A stretch of 32,000 nt of DNA from an uncultured Erysipelotrichaceae bacterium (lineage in GTDB: Bacteria; Bacillota_I; Bacilli_A; Erysipelotrichales; Erysipelotrichaceae). Positions 1 to 9,946 of this stretch are shown here, piece by piece. The position numbers and the translations under genes were made by a program. The stretch spans positions 780,001 to 812,000 of the forward strand of contig OW818653.1 in the NCBI GenBank assembly GCA_942492995.1, written 5' to 3'. The stretch's first letter is position 1. Each line of letters begins with the position of its first letter. The notes under the pieces were generated by a model that did not search any database, was not told where the DNA came from, and was given only the letters and a program-made list of their open reading frames with translations.

Positions 1-1465
1 CATATCGTTTTAAATCAATTAATAAATCTATATTATTAATATTTATGATCGCTTCATTCTCTAGCTCAATCACATGCGAAAGTTTATCTAAGAAGAATAG
101 ATCAATTTTCGTAATTGCATGTATTTCTTCAATTGAATATCCGCGTCTTAGTGCTTCCGCAACATAAAACAAACGATCATCTTCAGCTTTAATAAGTTTA
201 AACGCGATCGTTTCATTGGATACGTGTTTTGTCTCTTCAATTTGAATATAGTACGCTCCAATCTCCAGAGATCGAACTGCTTTTAATAAGGCTTCTTCGA
301 GCGTTCTACCCATCGCCATAACTTCGCCAGTTGCTTTCATCTGTGTGCCTAAGCGACGATCACCCTTCGTGAACTTATCAAATGGCCAACGTGGTATTTT
401 AGCAACGACATAATCAAGTGTTGGTTCGAATTGAGCGAATGTCGTTAGTGTTACAGGATTCTTGATTTCGTCTAACGTTAATCCAACCGCAATCTTCGCC
501 GCAATTTTCGCAATAGGATAACCTGTCGCTTTAGATGCGAGTGCAGATGAACGTGATACACGAGGATTAACTTCAATTACGTAATAGTTATAACTGTTTG
601 GATCTAGTGCTAATTGAACATTACATCCCCCTTCTATTTTAAGTGAACGGATAATCTTTAATGACGCATCACGAAGCAGTTGGTATTCGACATCCGTTAA
701 TGTCTGACTAGGCGCAAATACGATTGAATCACCGGTATGGATCCCTACAGGATCGAAGTTTTCCATATTACACACGACAATCGCATTATCTGCTTTATCA
801 CGCATTACTTCATATTCAATTTCTTTATAACCGGCAATACTGACTTCGATTAAACATTGATGAACCGGTGATATTTTTAATCCATTTTCAACAATCGTCT
901 CTAAGATTTCACTTGTTTCACAAATGCCACCACCCGTTCCACCTAAGGTATAAGCAGGTCTAACGATAACTGGATAACCAATTTTATTCGCAAAGTCTAA
1001 CGCTTCATTAATTGTATGTACAATTGTGCTTTCTGGCACAGGTTCATTGATTTCTAACATCAGTGATTTGAATAATTCACGATCTTCTGCTTCTTTAATC
1101 GCTTTGAGTTTAGTCCCTAATAACTCAATCTTTAATTCATCGAGAATACCAGATTCCGCAAGTTCTAACGCCATATTCAAACCTGTTTGACCACCAAGGG
1201 TTGCGAGTATCGCATCAGGTCTTTCTTTACGTAATATTCGTGACATAAATTCAAGAGTTAAGGGTTCAATATAAACACGATCTGCCATTTCTTTGTCCGT
1301 CATTATCGTTGCAGGATTTGAATTAACTAAGATAACTTCATAGCCTTCTTCACGCAATGATAAACATGCTTGTGTCCCTGCATAATCAAACTCAGCAGCT
1401 TGTCCTATGATAATTGGTCCTGAACCAATGACAAGAATGCGATGTATATCAGAACGTTTAGGCAT
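1..1465 (-). CDS. carB: carbamoyl-phosphate synthase large subunit, N-terminal part (gene continues beyond the left edge)
   Basis: My own minus-strand translation from ATG 1465-1463 gives [57 protein letters not shown]..., the classic CPSase large-subunit ATP-grasp N-terminus. The frame stays open to position 1. The start overlaps the carA stop by 8 nt. It is absent from the ORF track because it is truncated by the window. Confidence 0.93.
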   Translation of the reverse strand, partial: MPKRSDIHRILVIGSGPIIIGQAAEFDYAGTQACLSLREEGYEVILVNSNPATIMTDKEMADRVYIEPLTLEFMSRILRKERPDAILATLGGQTGLNMALELAESGILDELKIELLGTKLKAIKEAEDRELFKSLMLEINEPVPESTIVHTINEALDFANKIGYPVIVRPAYTLGGTGGGICETSEILETIVENGLKISPVHQCLIEVSIAGYKEIEYEVMRDKADNAIVVCNMENFDPVGIHTGDSIVFAPSQTLTDVEYQLLRDASLKIIRSLKIEGGCNVQLALDPNSYNYYVIEVNPRVSRSSALASKATGYPIAKIAAKIAVGLTLDEIKNPVTLTTFAQFEPTLDYVVAKIPRWPFDKFTKGDRRLGTQMKATGEVMAMGRTLEEALLKAVRSLEIGAYYIQIEETKHVSNETIAFKLIKAEDDRLFYVAEALRRGYSIEEIHAITKIDLFFLDKLSHVIELENEAIININNIDLLIDLKRY

Positions 1466-2543
1466 GTTTTTTCTCCTTAAATGTATCCATCATTTCCATA
1501 AATTCATCAAAGATATGAACTCCATCATGTGGACCTGGCGTCGCATCTGGATGAAACTGCACACTAAAAGCAGGATATGTACGATGACGTATACCTTCTA
1601 CAGTGCCATCATTTAATTCTGTATGGGTAATAAATAGTTTTGATTTATCAATACTCTTAGGATCGACTGTATAACCATGGTTTTGTGACGTAAAGTTAAT
1701 CTTACCTGTCGCTATTTCAAGTACTGGATGATTGAATCCACGATGTCCATATTTTAGTTTAAACGTATCCGCATCATTCGCTAATGCAAGAAGTTGATGT
1801 CCTAAACATATCCCAAAGATTGGGACTTGACCCATTAACTCACGAATCATTTGTATCGCATGTGGGACATCTTTTGGATCACCAGGACCATTTGTTAACA
1901 TAACTCCATCAGGATGTTGATCTAATACATCGCTTGATGTAGCGGTGTGAGGTAGAACTGTACAATCACATTGACGTAAGCTGAGTTCTCTTAAGATACT
2001 GTGTTTTAATCCAAAGTCTATAACTACAACACGTCTTCCTGTACCAGGATTTGGATATGCAGTTCTTGTCGAAACTTGTTCAACATTGTTTATTGGTAAT
2101 ATTGTTTTTTGTAAGTTTGATAGCACTTCATTTACATCGCAACTTGCGTCCACAATACACGCTTTAATCGTTCCTTTTTCTCTTAATTTACGGGTTAATG
2201 CACGCGTATCAATTCCAGCAATCCCAACTATTTTTCTACTTTTAAGAAAACTATCGATATCTTGTGCACTTCGCCAATTAGATGGTACGCGTGCATATTC
2301 CTTTACCACAATCCCCTTACACGAAGGTGATATTGATTCATTATCATCGCGATTAATTCCAGTATTACCAATTAATGGATAGGTAAATGTAATAATTTGT
2401 CCATTGTATGATTGATCTGTTATGGATTCCTGATATCCTGTCATACCTGTAGTAAATACAAGTTCACCAACACACATTTCAGAATGTCCAAATCCCTTAC
2501 CTTTAAAGATTGTCCCATCTTCTAATATTAGATATCTATCCAT
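1458..2543 (-). CDS. carA: carbamoyl-phosphate synthase small (glutamine amidotransferase) subunit
   Basis: Track ORF 1458..2558. It has a CPSase small-chain N-domain and the class-I GATase motif [10 protein letters not shown]. The preferred start is ATG 2543 ([10 protein letters not shown]), preceded by GGAGGAAAA and overlapping the pyrC stop as TAATG. 2558 is the alternative start. Confidence 0.93.
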   Translation of the reverse strand: MDRYLILEDGTIFKGKGFGHSEMCVGELVFTTGMTGYQESITDQSYNGQIITFTYPLIGNTGINRDDNESISPSCKGIVVKEYARVPSNWRSAQDIDSFLKSRKIVGIAGIDTRALTRKLREKGTIKACIVDASCDVNEVLSNLQKTILPINNVEQVSTRTAYPNPGTGRRVVVIDFGLKHSILRELSLRQCDCTVLPHTATSSDVLDQHPDGVMLTNGPGDPKDVPHAIQMIRELMGQVPIFGICLGHQLLALANDADTFKLKYGHRGFNHPVLEIATGKINFTSQNHGYTVDPKSIDKSKLFITHTELNDGTVEGIRHRTYPAFSVQFHPDATPGPHDGVHIFDEFMEMMDTFKEKKHA

Positions 2544-3814
2544 TACATTTTCCTCCATTTAATTTCACCATGCACAAGTGTCATAACACAATCTCCATAA
2601 ACAGATTGACCAATGAATGGCGAATTGCTTGATTTAGACACAAATTGATTTGTAATTTCAACCTCAGTATCTAAATCAAATACTGAAATATCTGCTTTTT
2701 TACCTATTTCTAAACTTCCACAATCGAGATTAAAACATTGACTGGGTTTTATAGTCATCCATTCAATCAATTGATTTAATGTAAATACACCTGTTTTAAC
2801 TAATTTCGTGTAGAGTAATGCGAACGCATATTCAAGTCCAATGATTCCAAATGGAGCTTTTATCATACCGAGATTCTTTTCTTCCATGTGATGAGGCGCA
2901 TGATCCGTTGCGATACAATCAAGTGTTCCGTCCATTAGTCCTTGGATTAGTGCTTCTTGATCTAATTTACTTCGTAACGGTGGATTCATTTTATAATTCG
3001 TATTTAATTCTTTTATATCTTCTTCACTTAACAACAAGTGATGTGGAGTAACTTCAGCACTTACTTTAATCCCAGCTCTTTTCGCATCTCTTATAATTCG
3101 CACGGTTTCTTTTGCGGATACATGACACACATGGTAACGAGCATTCGCAGCTTCTGCTAATAAAACATCTCGAACTACCTGTGTTGACTCAGAAACAGAT
3201 GGAATACCTGGAATATTTAATAAATGGGCAACGTTTCCATCATGTAAAACACCATTCCCTTTTAGGCTATCATCTTCCGCATGTGCCGCCACAATCGTAT
3301 TATTTAAACTTGATTGTTTCAATGCCTCAAACATTGTGTTCGCATCTTGTACACCAACACCATCGTTTGTGAATGCGATTGCGCCAGCGTGTAATAATCT
3401 TTTCTGATCACTTAATTCAGCGCTTGTTAAACTCAGAGTAATAGGCGCATACGTATATACATTTACTTGTGCATCTGTCTTACATTTTTGATAAAAATCA
3501 TTAATTAATTCAGGTGTTTCAGGTACAGGTTTAGTATTAGGCATTGCACAGATAGTCGTAAATCCTCCACGTGCAGCGGCTTGTGTTCCGGTTAGAATTG
3601 TCTCTTTATGCGTAAATCCTGGTTCACGTAAATGTACATGTAAATCAACTAATCCCGGAGTTATTAGCTTACCGTTTAGATCGATTTCAATATCGTTATT
3701 GTTTAGTGTGTTTGGTAAATCATAGGAAATGATGATTCCATTTTCGATGATGATATTACGTGTAATTAATTCTCCATTAGAGATAGATTTTCCGTTCTTA
3801 AGAATCAGTTTCAT
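2543..3814 (-). CDS. pyrC: dihydroorotase
   Basis: Track ORF 2543..3838. Metal-binding motifs [10 protein letters not shown] and ATDHAPH are present. The likely start is ATG 3814 (MKLILKNGK), which has a GAGGA upstream and an ATGA overlap with the pyrB stop. 3838 is the alternative start. Confidence 0.92.
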   Translation of the reverse strand: MKLILKNGKSISNGELITRNIIIENGIIISYDLPNTLNNNDIEIDLNGKLITPGLVDLHVHLREPGFTHKETILTGTQAAARGGFTTICAMPNTKPVPETPELINDFYQKCKTDAQVNVYTYAPITLSLTSAELSDQKRLLHAGAIAFTNDGVGVQDANTMFEALKQSSLNNTIVAAHAEDDSLKGNGVLHDGNVAHLLNIPGIPSVSESTQVVRDVLLAEAANARYHVCHVSAKETVRIIRDAKRAGIKVSAEVTPHHLLLSEEDIKELNTNYKMNPPLRSKLDQEALIQGLMDGTLDCIATDHAPHHMEEKNLGMIKAPFGIIGLEYAFALLYTKLVKTGVFTLNQLIEWMTIKPSQCFNLDCGSLEIGKKADISVFDLDTEVEITNQFVSKSSNSPFIGQSVYGDCVMTLVHGEIKWRKM

Positions 3815-4734
3815 TTGATTAATCCTCGATACGTACAAATCGCTTCAAGTACTGCCATACGCATAAACACACCATTTCGCATTTGTTCAACGATTCTGGA
3901 TTGAGGTGCTTCGACACATTCACTAGCTAGTTCAGAATCACGATTGACTGGGGCTGGATGCATTATAATACAGCTAGGTTTAAGTTGATTATATCGACTT
4001 ATCGTTAATCCATAATTAGAATGGTATGTTTCTTTACTAAACGAATCATCGTTATCATGACGTTCATGTTGCACACGAAGTAACATCACCACATCTAATT
4101 GATCAAGGATATCATCAAGATTTTCACGTTTTCCATATTGGTTAAATGACTCGTCGTACCAAATCTCTGGACCACAGAAACTAACAATTGCGCCAAGTCG
4201 ATTTAATAGAATCGCATTTGAACGTGCAACACGAGAATTACGAATATCCCCAACAATTGCGATTCTTAAACCTTTGAAATTCTCAAATTCATTTTGAATT
4301 GTCATCAAATCAAGTAAACATTGTGTTGGATGTTGGCCACGACCATCACCCCCATTTATGATTGAACATGTAATACCATTTTGATTAATCAATTCTTTAT
4401 AATACTCTTCTTGTGAATGACGAATTACTGTAATATCAATTCCAATCGCACACATTGTTAATACTGTATCGTAAAGTGTTTCCCCTTTGTTAACAGAACT
4501 TGTGGACGCATCAAATTGGATAACTTCCATGTTTAGTTTTCGCTCTGCCATTTCAAAACTTCGATGTGTTCGTGTTGAATTCTCAAAAAATAAATTTGAT
4601 GTGTACACAGGTCGATTTAAACTTAATGTCTTTCGATTGTGTTTAAAATCGTTTGCGCTATTGATTAATCTTAATACTTCATCAATACTCAAATCTTCTA
4701 CCGATAATAAATGTTTTAGTTTAATGGGTTCCAT
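3811..4734 (-). CDS. pyrB: aspartate carbamoyltransferase catalytic subunit
   Basis: 307-aa ORF with ATCase motifs [21 protein letters not shown] and HPAPVNR. The RBS AGGAGGAAAC precedes the ATG. Confidence 0.93.
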   Translation of the reverse strand: MEPIKLKHLLSVEDLSIDEVLRLINSANDFKHNRKTLSLNRPVYTSNLFFENSTRTHRSFEMAERKLNMEVIQFDASTSSVNKGETLYDTVLTMCAIGIDITVIRHSQEEYYKELINQNGITCSIINGGDGRGQHPTQCLLDLMTIQNEFENFKGLRIAIVGDIRNSRVARSNAILLNRLGAIVSFCGPEIWYDESFNQYGKRENLDDILDQLDVVMLLRVQHERHDNDDSFSKETYHSNYGLTISRYNQLKPSCIIMHPAPVNRDSELASECVEAPQSRIVEQMRNGVFMRMAVLEAICTYRGLIK

Positions 4735-4743
4735 GTTTCCTCC

Positions 4744-4780
4744 TAATAAAAACGTATTGCGTAAGATACTCGCAATACGT
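4744..4780 (-). terminator. intrinsic terminator of the pyrR-pyrB attenuator
   Basis: The minus strand reads ACGTATTGCG-AGTATCTTA-CGCAATACGT followed by TTTTTATT, a perfect 10-bp stem. It lies directly upstream of the pyrB RBS. Confidence 0.8.
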
Positions 4781-4819
4781 AGAAGGTCCTTCCAAAGGAA
4801 ATAACTTGGAACTGTTTCA

Positions 4820-4850
4820 CGCTTACAAGTATCTCGTACTTGTTTAAAGT
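4820..4850 (-). promoter_or_regulatory. PyrR-binding (anti-antiterminator) RNA element in the pyrB leader
   Basis: The minus-strand RNA is ACUUUAAACAAGUACGAGAUACUUGUAAGCG. This is UUUAA + stem + GAGA-containing loop + AAG, resembling the known PyrR binding loop and the second copy at 5458-5492. Confidence 0.6.
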
Positions 4851-4857
4851 CGTTTAA

Positions 4858-5385
4858 TCAGTTTTCTTTAATTATACTAACCCGATCTAATCCATCATTT
4901 TCTTTTAATTCTACACGTATATTTTCATCACTTGATGTTGGTATATTCTTACCAATATAATCAGGTCTTATTGGTAATTCACGATGACCACGATCAATCA
5001 ATACAGCTAATGCGATACTCTTAGCACGACCCAGACTCATAATCGCATCTAAGGCGGCACGAATTGTTCTACCGGTATATAAAACATCATCGACTAAAAT
5101 TACTTGTTTATCAACAATCGAGAATGGCAAAGTTGGTTTTTCAGTGCTTGGATCACGAACGATATCATCTCTAAAATAGGTAATGTCTAATTCACCTACT
5201 GGTATATCAAATGATTCCAATGCTTTCATACGTTCCGCAATTCGATATGCAATGGTAATACCTCTTGTTTTAATACCGACTAACACGACATCTTTCAATG
5301 ACTTGTGTTGTTCAATCATTTCAAATGTAATACGTGTTAAAGATCGTTTAATTGTTTCTTCATCTAATACAACTTTTTGGTTCAT
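4858..5385 (-). CDS. pyrR: bifunctional pyr operon attenuation regulator / uracil phosphoribosyltransferase PyrR
   Basis: 175-aa ORF with the PRPP-binding motif [17 protein letters not shown] and the PyrR-typical [22 protein letters not shown]. The RBS is GGAGGAAAC. Confidence 0.93.
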   Translation of the reverse strand: MNQKVVLDEETIKRSLTRITFEMIEQHKSLKDVVLVGIKTRGITIAYRIAERMKALESFDIPVGELDITYFRDDIVRDPSTEKPTLPFSIVDKQVILVDDVLYTGRTIRAALDAIMSLGRAKSIALAVLIDRGHRELPIRPDYIGKNIPTSSDENIRVELKENDGLDRVSIIKEN

Positions 5386-5395
5386 GTTTCCTCCG

Positions 5396-5423
5396 ATAAA
5401 AAACCTCAGTACGTACTGAGGTT
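5396..5423 (-). terminator. intrinsic terminator of the pyrR leader attenuator
   Basis: The minus strand reads AACCTCAGTACGTACTGAGGTT followed by TTTTAT, immediately upstream of the pyrR RBS. Confidence 0.8.
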
Positions 5424-5457
5424 ATATTTGCATAAAAAGAATGGGCTTACCCGATTG

Positions 5458-5492
5458 TCTCCTTAGTCGTCTCTCAGTACGAATTTAAAGGA
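5458..5492 (-). promoter_or_regulatory. PyrR-binding RNA element in the pyrR leader
   Basis: The minus-strand RNA is CCUUUAAAUUCGUACUGAGAGACGACUAAGGAGA. It contains UUUAA, a stem with a GAGAG loop and AAGGAG, as in Bacillus-type PyrR binding loops. Confidence 0.7.
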
Positions 5493-5510
5493 TATTTTAT
5501 TGTTGGTTCT

Positions 5511-5539
5511 ACTTTAAATCGTTTCACCTAATATGTCAA
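5511..5539 (-). promoter_or_regulatory. sigma-A-type promoter of the pyr operon
   Basis: On the minus strand, TTGACA (5539-5534), a 17-nt spacer and TAAAGT (5516-5511) lie just upstream of the PyrR leader. Confidence 0.6.
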
Positions 5540-5575
5540 GTCTGATCTATGGCCGCAGATGCGATTGAATCGGTA

Positions 5576-6085
5576 TTATTCGCTTGGATTACCGTACTGA
5601 TTAGTACCAATCGTTCCTCTTAAGCACATGAAGATAAATAGTACAATTGCGCCAAGATATGGAATTAAAACAATTAAATACCATGCGCCAGATTTGTTCT
5701 GATCATGTAGACGTCGAATTGCGATTGCGACACTAGGTATTACAATATAAAGTCCATAACCACATGCGACAAGGATATAAATAATCATTGGAATATACGG
5801 ATTTTGTGTAATCAAATAGATAATCAAACTTAACACGACAAGCGCTAAACTACCTACAAAACCAATAATCATATTGGATAACACAAAGTACCAATATTCA
5901 TATAATGAAGCTCTTCCACTGAATGTCGCATATTTACTTAATGCGTCTTTATAATAATCAAATATACCTTTAGGACTACGATTCTTAGTATAGGTTGGTT
6001 GTTCAACATTTACGCCACAATTTGAACAATAGACTGATCCAACTCTTAACTCTGTACCACAATTACTACAATATTTCTGTTCCAT
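5576..6085 (-). CDS. zinc-ribbon / DUF805 family inner-membrane protein
   Basis: The N-terminus has CSNCG...CSNCG (two CxxC pairs). The remainder matches remembered DUF805 (YhaH/YhaI-like) hallmarks: FSGRASLYEYWYF and IAIRRLHDQNKSGAWYLIVLIPYLG...GTNQYG. Confidence 0.8.
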   Translation of the reverse strand: MEQKYCSNCGTELRVGSVYCSNCGVNVEQPTYTKNRSPKGIFDYYKDALSKYATFSGRASLYEYWYFVLSNMIIGFVGSLALVVLSLIIYLITQNPYIPMIIYILVACGYGLYIVIPSVAIAIRRLHDQNKSGAWYLIVLIPYLGAIVLFIFMCLRGTIGTNQYGNPSE

Positions 6086-6152
6086 AAATCCCCCATATTT
6101 TCGAATTTTATTATACTATAAATTTATTTGTTAATTAAACATAATTCAATAT

Positions 6153-7577
6153 CTAGTTATGATGAACATTCTTTATATCCAATTGAATTTGTTTAATCAA
6201 CTCTTCATTTAACGGATATTTTCTTAAACTTAGATACGCAAATACGAAACTAATGATTGTCCCAAGTGCTAATATCAAACCTAAACTAATTAACGTAAAT
6301 TCTGATTGTACGACAAGTGATGAATCAAACTTAATTAAATCAAGCAATATACCAATTATAAAGATTGCGATAGCTTGGGATAATTTATAGTAGAACGTTA
6401 AACTACCAAAATAGAACCCCTCGAATCGATAACCTCTTTTTAATTCATCATAATCAATTGTATCGACTACCATTGATAATGGTATGGTAAATAAAGCGCC
6501 TGTCCCAAAACCTGCTAACATCGCATATGGGAAGAAAAATAATGGTTGAGATAGTACGGAGTTCTTAAACGTAATAAGTAAAATAAAGAAAAATCCTGCG
6601 ATTAAACTTAATCCTAAGCCCATATTCAGAGCAGGTTTTTTATCATACTTACGAGCGATTTTCATCCAAAATGGTTGCGATACAATACTCATTAAAAATT
6701 GAACCCCAAGAATAAGAGCGATTTGTTGACTCGTTAAAACGAATGTATAGGTAAATACATGAAGACCCATATTACTTAAAAACGCAGACGCTAAGTTGGT
6801 AAACATATAACATAACGCTACTGATATAAATGCTTTATTTCGTAATGTGCTTAATAGTGCTTGTTTAAGATTGCTTAATTTATTTCCACGCGTATCACTT
6901 AACTTATACCGATTAAGTTGTGGGATATATTTTTTTGTGGAGATATAACATACAAATGAGGAAATTAGAATTATTATTGCGGAGATTATCCCAATTGTTC
7001 GATATGAATCAGGGTTTAATTGACCATGTGGAAATTCAATCGTAGGTTTAAAAAATAGATATAAACCCGCAACCGAAACAAACGCCAAACCAAATAGAAA
7101 AAATACGGTCTTAATACTTTGAATGGAAGTACGTTCATTGTAATCACTGGATAATTCTGCACCCAATGCGGTATATGGCGTTACATAAATAGTAATAAAT
7201 GTTTTGAACAATATAATATCCGCAAACAATAAGAAATATTTTAAATTAGTATCCATATTAGATGGTATTAGCCACATGAAATAGATACTCATAGAAACAC
7301 CGATTGAGCCAATAATCAAATACAAATGACGACGACCAAATAGTTTAGAACGTGTTACATCTGATAAGTATCCCATTAGAGGATCAGTAATCGCATCCCA
7401 AAATATACTAATACTTACCGCTAATCCAACAAGATATCCAGGAATACCAAGAATAACTGTCGCAAAGAAAACTAAATACGTCCCAACGACTTGCATTGCG
7501 ATTCCAACACTTAAGTTACCAATTCCATATCCAATCTTATCTTTGACAGGTATCAATTGAGATGATTGTTTAGTCAT
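6153..7577 (-). CDS. GPH-family (glycoside-pentoside-hexuronide):cation symporter, MFS superfamily
   Basis: 474-aa protein with about 12 TM segments. The N-terminal GYGIGNLSVG...FWDAITDPLMGYLSDVTRSKLFGRRH block is typical of MelB/YicJ-type carriers. The RBS is AAGGGGGA. Confidence 0.8.
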   Translation of the reverse strand: MTKQSSQLIPVKDKIGYGIGNLSVGIAMQVVGTYLVFFATVILGIPGYLVGLAVSISIFWDAITDPLMGYLSDVTRSKLFGRRHLYLIIGSIGVSMSIYFMWLIPSNMDTNLKYFLLFADIILFKTFITIYVTPYTALGAELSSDYNERTSIQSIKTVFFLFGLAFVSVAGLYLFFKPTIEFPHGQLNPDSYRTIGIISAIIILISSFVCYISTKKYIPQLNRYKLSDTRGNKLSNLKQALLSTLRNKAFISVALCYMFTNLASAFLSNMGLHVFTYTFVLTSQQIALILGVQFLMSIVSQPFWMKIARKYDKKPALNMGLGLSLIAGFFFILLITFKNSVLSQPLFFFPYAMLAGFGTGALFTIPLSMVVDTIDYDELKRGYRFEGFYFGSLTFYYKLSQAIAIFIIGILLDLIKFDSSLVVQSEFTLISLGLILALGTIISFVFAYLSLRKYPLNEELIKQIQLDIKNVHHN

Positions 7578-7630
7578 TGGATTTCCCCCTTATTTGATAA
7601 CTATATTATAACGATAAATTTAATATTATT

Positions 7631-8151
7631 TTAAATATTCATTACATGAACATTCTCTGTTAATATCTCTCCCATATAAATTTCTTCTTTAACCGATTGA
7701 ATGGTTGTGCCCATCTTAAGATAGAAATCATTCGCTGAATTACCAACAAGACAATCTAAATATAGTCTTTTAAAGCCAAGTTTCTTAAGTTCAGAAAGCG
7801 CTAAATTAAACAATACCTTACCAACACCAATTCTATGATACTCATCAAGAATACATAGTGCTTGAATGACACCGTAATCTTCAAAATCCTTATTATTCGA
7901 TTGAATATACTGAATAAATCCAATAACACGATAATCAATCTCAGCCACAATATAAGTATTATTCGTATTAATTTGAACAATCGCTGTTTCAATACGTTTG
8001 TCATTCGTTAAAAACCTAGCTTCTATTGTTTCTGAACTAACTAATTTCTATATGTAGTACGCCACATTTGTAAATTTATCTCAACAATACTCTGTGCATC
8101 TTCTACAGTAGCATTTCGAAAAATTACATCATTTATATTTATTGATTTCAT
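7631..8151 (-). pseudogene. GNAT-family N-acetyltransferase interrupted by a frameshift
   Basis: ATG 8151 opens MKSININDVIFRNATVEDAQSIVEINLQMWRTTYRN, then a TAG at 8043-8041. A different frame, open from 8047 down, continues KLVSSETIEARFLTNDKRIETAIVQINTNNTYIVAEIDYRVIGF... into track ORF 7631..7948. That ORF carries the GNAT core HRIGVGKVLFNLALSELKKLGFKRLYLD. The two pieces together form one normal-length GNAT. Confidence 0.7.
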
Positions 8152-8206
8152 TTTTCACCTCATTTGACACATAAGATATTATCAATGATCTTATCCTATT
8201 TTTGAC

Positions 8207-8725
8207 TTAAAGATACTTCTCTAAACGTATATCTGCGCACCATTTACCGTAAGAGTACGTAAAATGTTCAATTCGTGTGAATTCTTTGTATCCTAATGAT
8301 TTATATAAATTGATTGCCTTTATATTGTTTTCAAAAACACCTAACTCAATACGATTAAAACCCATATCTTTACACGTATTATCAAGAAACATCATAGCGA
8401 TTTTAGATATACCTTTACCCCAATAATTTTGATCACCAATTAGAATTGAAATCCAAGCGCTATTTTCATCCTTTTTCATTAATAGAAAAAAGTCTTTTGT
8501 GATTGATAATTCACCAATTGGTAAATCCCCATCTAGTATTACGTATCGATATACATTCGTTTGGGGATGTAGTTCTTTAATGACATCACTTATTGTGTAT
8601 TCTTGAGGGTTTTCTTCTTTTCGATTAACGTGAATAAAATGTGCAATTTCAGGGTTGTTATACCAAACAACTATTTTATTAGCTAAATCTAGATCGTTTT
8701 CGATTAATTTAAATTTGATATTCAT
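8207..8725 (-). CDS. GNAT-family N-acetyltransferase (RimJ/RimL-like)
   Basis: 172-aa ORF. The acetyl-CoA-binding region NYWGKGISKIAMMFLDNTCKDMGFNRIELGVFENNIKAINLYKSLGY is typical of this family. Confidence 0.85.
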   Translation of the reverse strand: MNIKFKLIENDLDLANKIVVWYNNPEIAHFIHVNRKEENPQEYTISDVIKELHPQTNVYRYVILDGDLPIGELSITKDFFLLMKKDENSAWISILIGDQNYWGKGISKIAMMFLDNTCKDMGFNRIELGVFENNIKAINLYKSLGYKEFTRIEHFTYSYGKWCADIRLEKYL

Positions 8726-8742
8726 ATGTAACTCTTTCTATA

Positions 8743-8771
8743 TTAAAAAAATGTAAATATTTTTACATTTT
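8743..8771 (-). terminator. AT-rich intrinsic terminator after the HesB-like gene
   Basis: AAAATGTAAA (8748-8757) pairs with TTTACATTTT (8762-8771). On the minus strand the hairpin runs into a T tract. The stem is almost all A/T, so it is weak. Confidence 0.4.
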
Positions 8772-8778
8772 CGAATAA

Positions 8779-9087
8779 TTAATTACTTGCGCACCCTGCA
8801 CAACCGCCACTTGAGCAAGAACTTGTACTAACTGTTTTATCATCAACTAATAATTGTCCGTTCTGTACGATTATAGTTACTTCTTCTGCACGTTTTAGTG
8901 CAACTAAATCCATGATAACAGGAATATTGTCAATCATCATTATCGTATCATCTTCTTCTTTCATCGCTAAGGCAAAAGATAATGATTCTCCGCAACATGA
9001 ATTCTCTAATTGTACATATAATGCGTCAGCGCTATTTGTTTGTAGTGCTTCCTTTAATAAAACTTGTGCTTCTTCTGTAATTCTCAT
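8779..9087 (-). CDS. small HesB/IscA-like protein with an SCCG motif and a Cys/Gly-rich C-terminal tail
   Basis: 102-aa ORF with RBS GGGAGA. The opening MRITEEAQVLLKEAL... resembles Fe-S cluster biosynthesis (HesB-fold) proteins. It carries NSCCGESLSF and a C-terminal SSCSSGGCAGCASN. Confidence 0.6.
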   Translation of the reverse strand: MRITEEAQVLLKEALQTNSADALYVQLENSCCGESLSFALAMKEEDDTIMMIDNIPVIMDLVALKRAEEVTIIVQNGQLLVDDKTVSTSSCSSGGCAGCASN

Positions 9088-9164
9088 ATTTATCTCCCTA
9101 CGAATAATCGTATTTCATTTATCTGTTTAATTTTACGATTATCTTATCGTTTGTGCAATAACCT

Positions 9165-9192
9165 TTAAAAAAAGAAGCACAATGTGCTTCTT
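9165..9192 (-). terminator. intrinsic terminator after the XRE gene
   Basis: The 9-bp stem AAGAAGCAC / GTGCTTCTT (9172-9180 / 9184-9192) is followed on the minus strand by a run of about 7 T. It lies 3 nt after the stop codon. Confidence 0.75.
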
Positions 9193-9194
9193 GA

Positions 9195-9395
9195 TTAATC
9201 TCGATATTCTAAGATATCCCCAGGCTGACAATCCAATGCTTTACAAATCGCTTCTAAAGTAGAGAAACGAATTGCCTTTGCTTTACCATTTTTTAAGATT
9301 GATAAATTCGCGATTGTGATCCCAACCTTTTCAGTCAATTCAGTCACACTCATTTTACGTTTCGCTAACATGACATCAATATTAATGATTAACAT
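9195..9395 (-). CDS. XRE-family (YozG-like) helix-turn-helix transcriptional regulator
   Basis: 66-aa ORF reading MLAKRKMSVTELTEKVGITIANLSILKNGKAKAIRFSTLEAICKALDCQPGDILEY, the typical short Cro/C1 HTH. The RBS is GAGGAT. Confidence 0.85.
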   Translation of the reverse strand: MLIINIDVMLAKRKMSVTELTEKVGITIANLSILKNGKAKAIRFSTLEAICKALDCQPGDILEYRD

Positions 9396-9405
9396 AGTTA
9401 TATCC

Positions 9406-9888
9406 TCACACCGTTAAATCATTTTCAGATTTAATCCGGATGGCTTCTTTTAATAATCGTTCAAGTAATGCCGCAAATACTGATATGACAATAGGAGTAA
9501 AGACAATCGCAGCCCCAATCAAGATAAGACCTGGCGCATCATCAATGTCCGCAACATAATAGACGATTGGCATAAATGTTGCGAGTACAACACTTATTGA
9601 GAATGCACTTAGTTTAATATTTTTTAATGCACTAACAGATAAATCAGAGAACGCATCATTCGCATCGATATTATCGAGTAATCTGAATCCTTGATATAAC
9701 GCAAAGAAATACAACAATGATGCGATATAAAGTGCTATTAAATATGGGAATCTTAAATACGCAAATTCCGGTAGTATTTCTGATCCTCTTAAGGTAAAGA
9801 TTGGAAATACATAGAAACAGGATGCTAAGATGGGTAATGCGAGTACAAATATAACGATACGTAAGAATAAAGTAGAACTTTGTTTCAT
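9406..9888 (-). CDS. DUF2975-like four-TM membrane protein, the usual partner of YozG-type regulators
   Basis: 160-aa ORF with four predicted TM helices. It sits 10 nt upstream of the XRE gene. The family name comes from remembered architecture and pairing, not from a search. Confidence 0.65.
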   Translation of the reverse strand: MKQSSTLFLRIVIFVLALPILASCFYVFPIFTLRGSEILPEFAYLRFPYLIALYIASLLYFFALYQGFRLLDNIDANDAFSDLSVSALKNIKLSAFSISVVLATFMPIVYYVADIDDAPGLILIGAAIVFTPIVISVFAALLERLLKEAIRIKSENDLTV

Positions 9889-9918
9889 ATTAACTCCTTG
9901 AATCTAGTTTATACCTAT

Positions 9919-9946
9919 ATTCTAGCATAAATTTATTGTTTATCAA
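9919..9946 (-). promoter_or_regulatory. promoter of the DUF2975-XRE operon
   Basis: On the minus strand, TTGATA (9946-9941), a 16-nt spacer and TGC-TAGAAT (extended -10, 9924-9919) are present. GGAG follows, about 30 nt downstream. Confidence 0.55.

Noticed and set aside
1407-4804. Plus-strand ORFs 1407..1616, 2086..2382, 2851..3051, 3112..3372 and 4487..4804
   Set aside because: All lie antisense within carB, carA, pyrC or pyrB, whose translations have unmistakable enzyme motifs. The products of these ORFs are low-complexity, and no RBS is present. They are shadow ORFs.
5183-5419. Plus-strand 78-aa ORF
   Set aside because: It is antisense to pyrR and runs into the attenuator terminator. 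Shadow ORF.
7801-8004. Minus-strand 67-aa ORF overlapping the GNAT fragment
   Set aside because: It is in a third frame relative to both halves of the frameshifted GNAT. The product is Leu/Ile-rich with no motif, so it is an AT-richness artefact.
8912-9130. Plus-strand 72-aa ORF
   Set aside because: It is antisense to the HesB-like gene, which has a good RBS and terminator.
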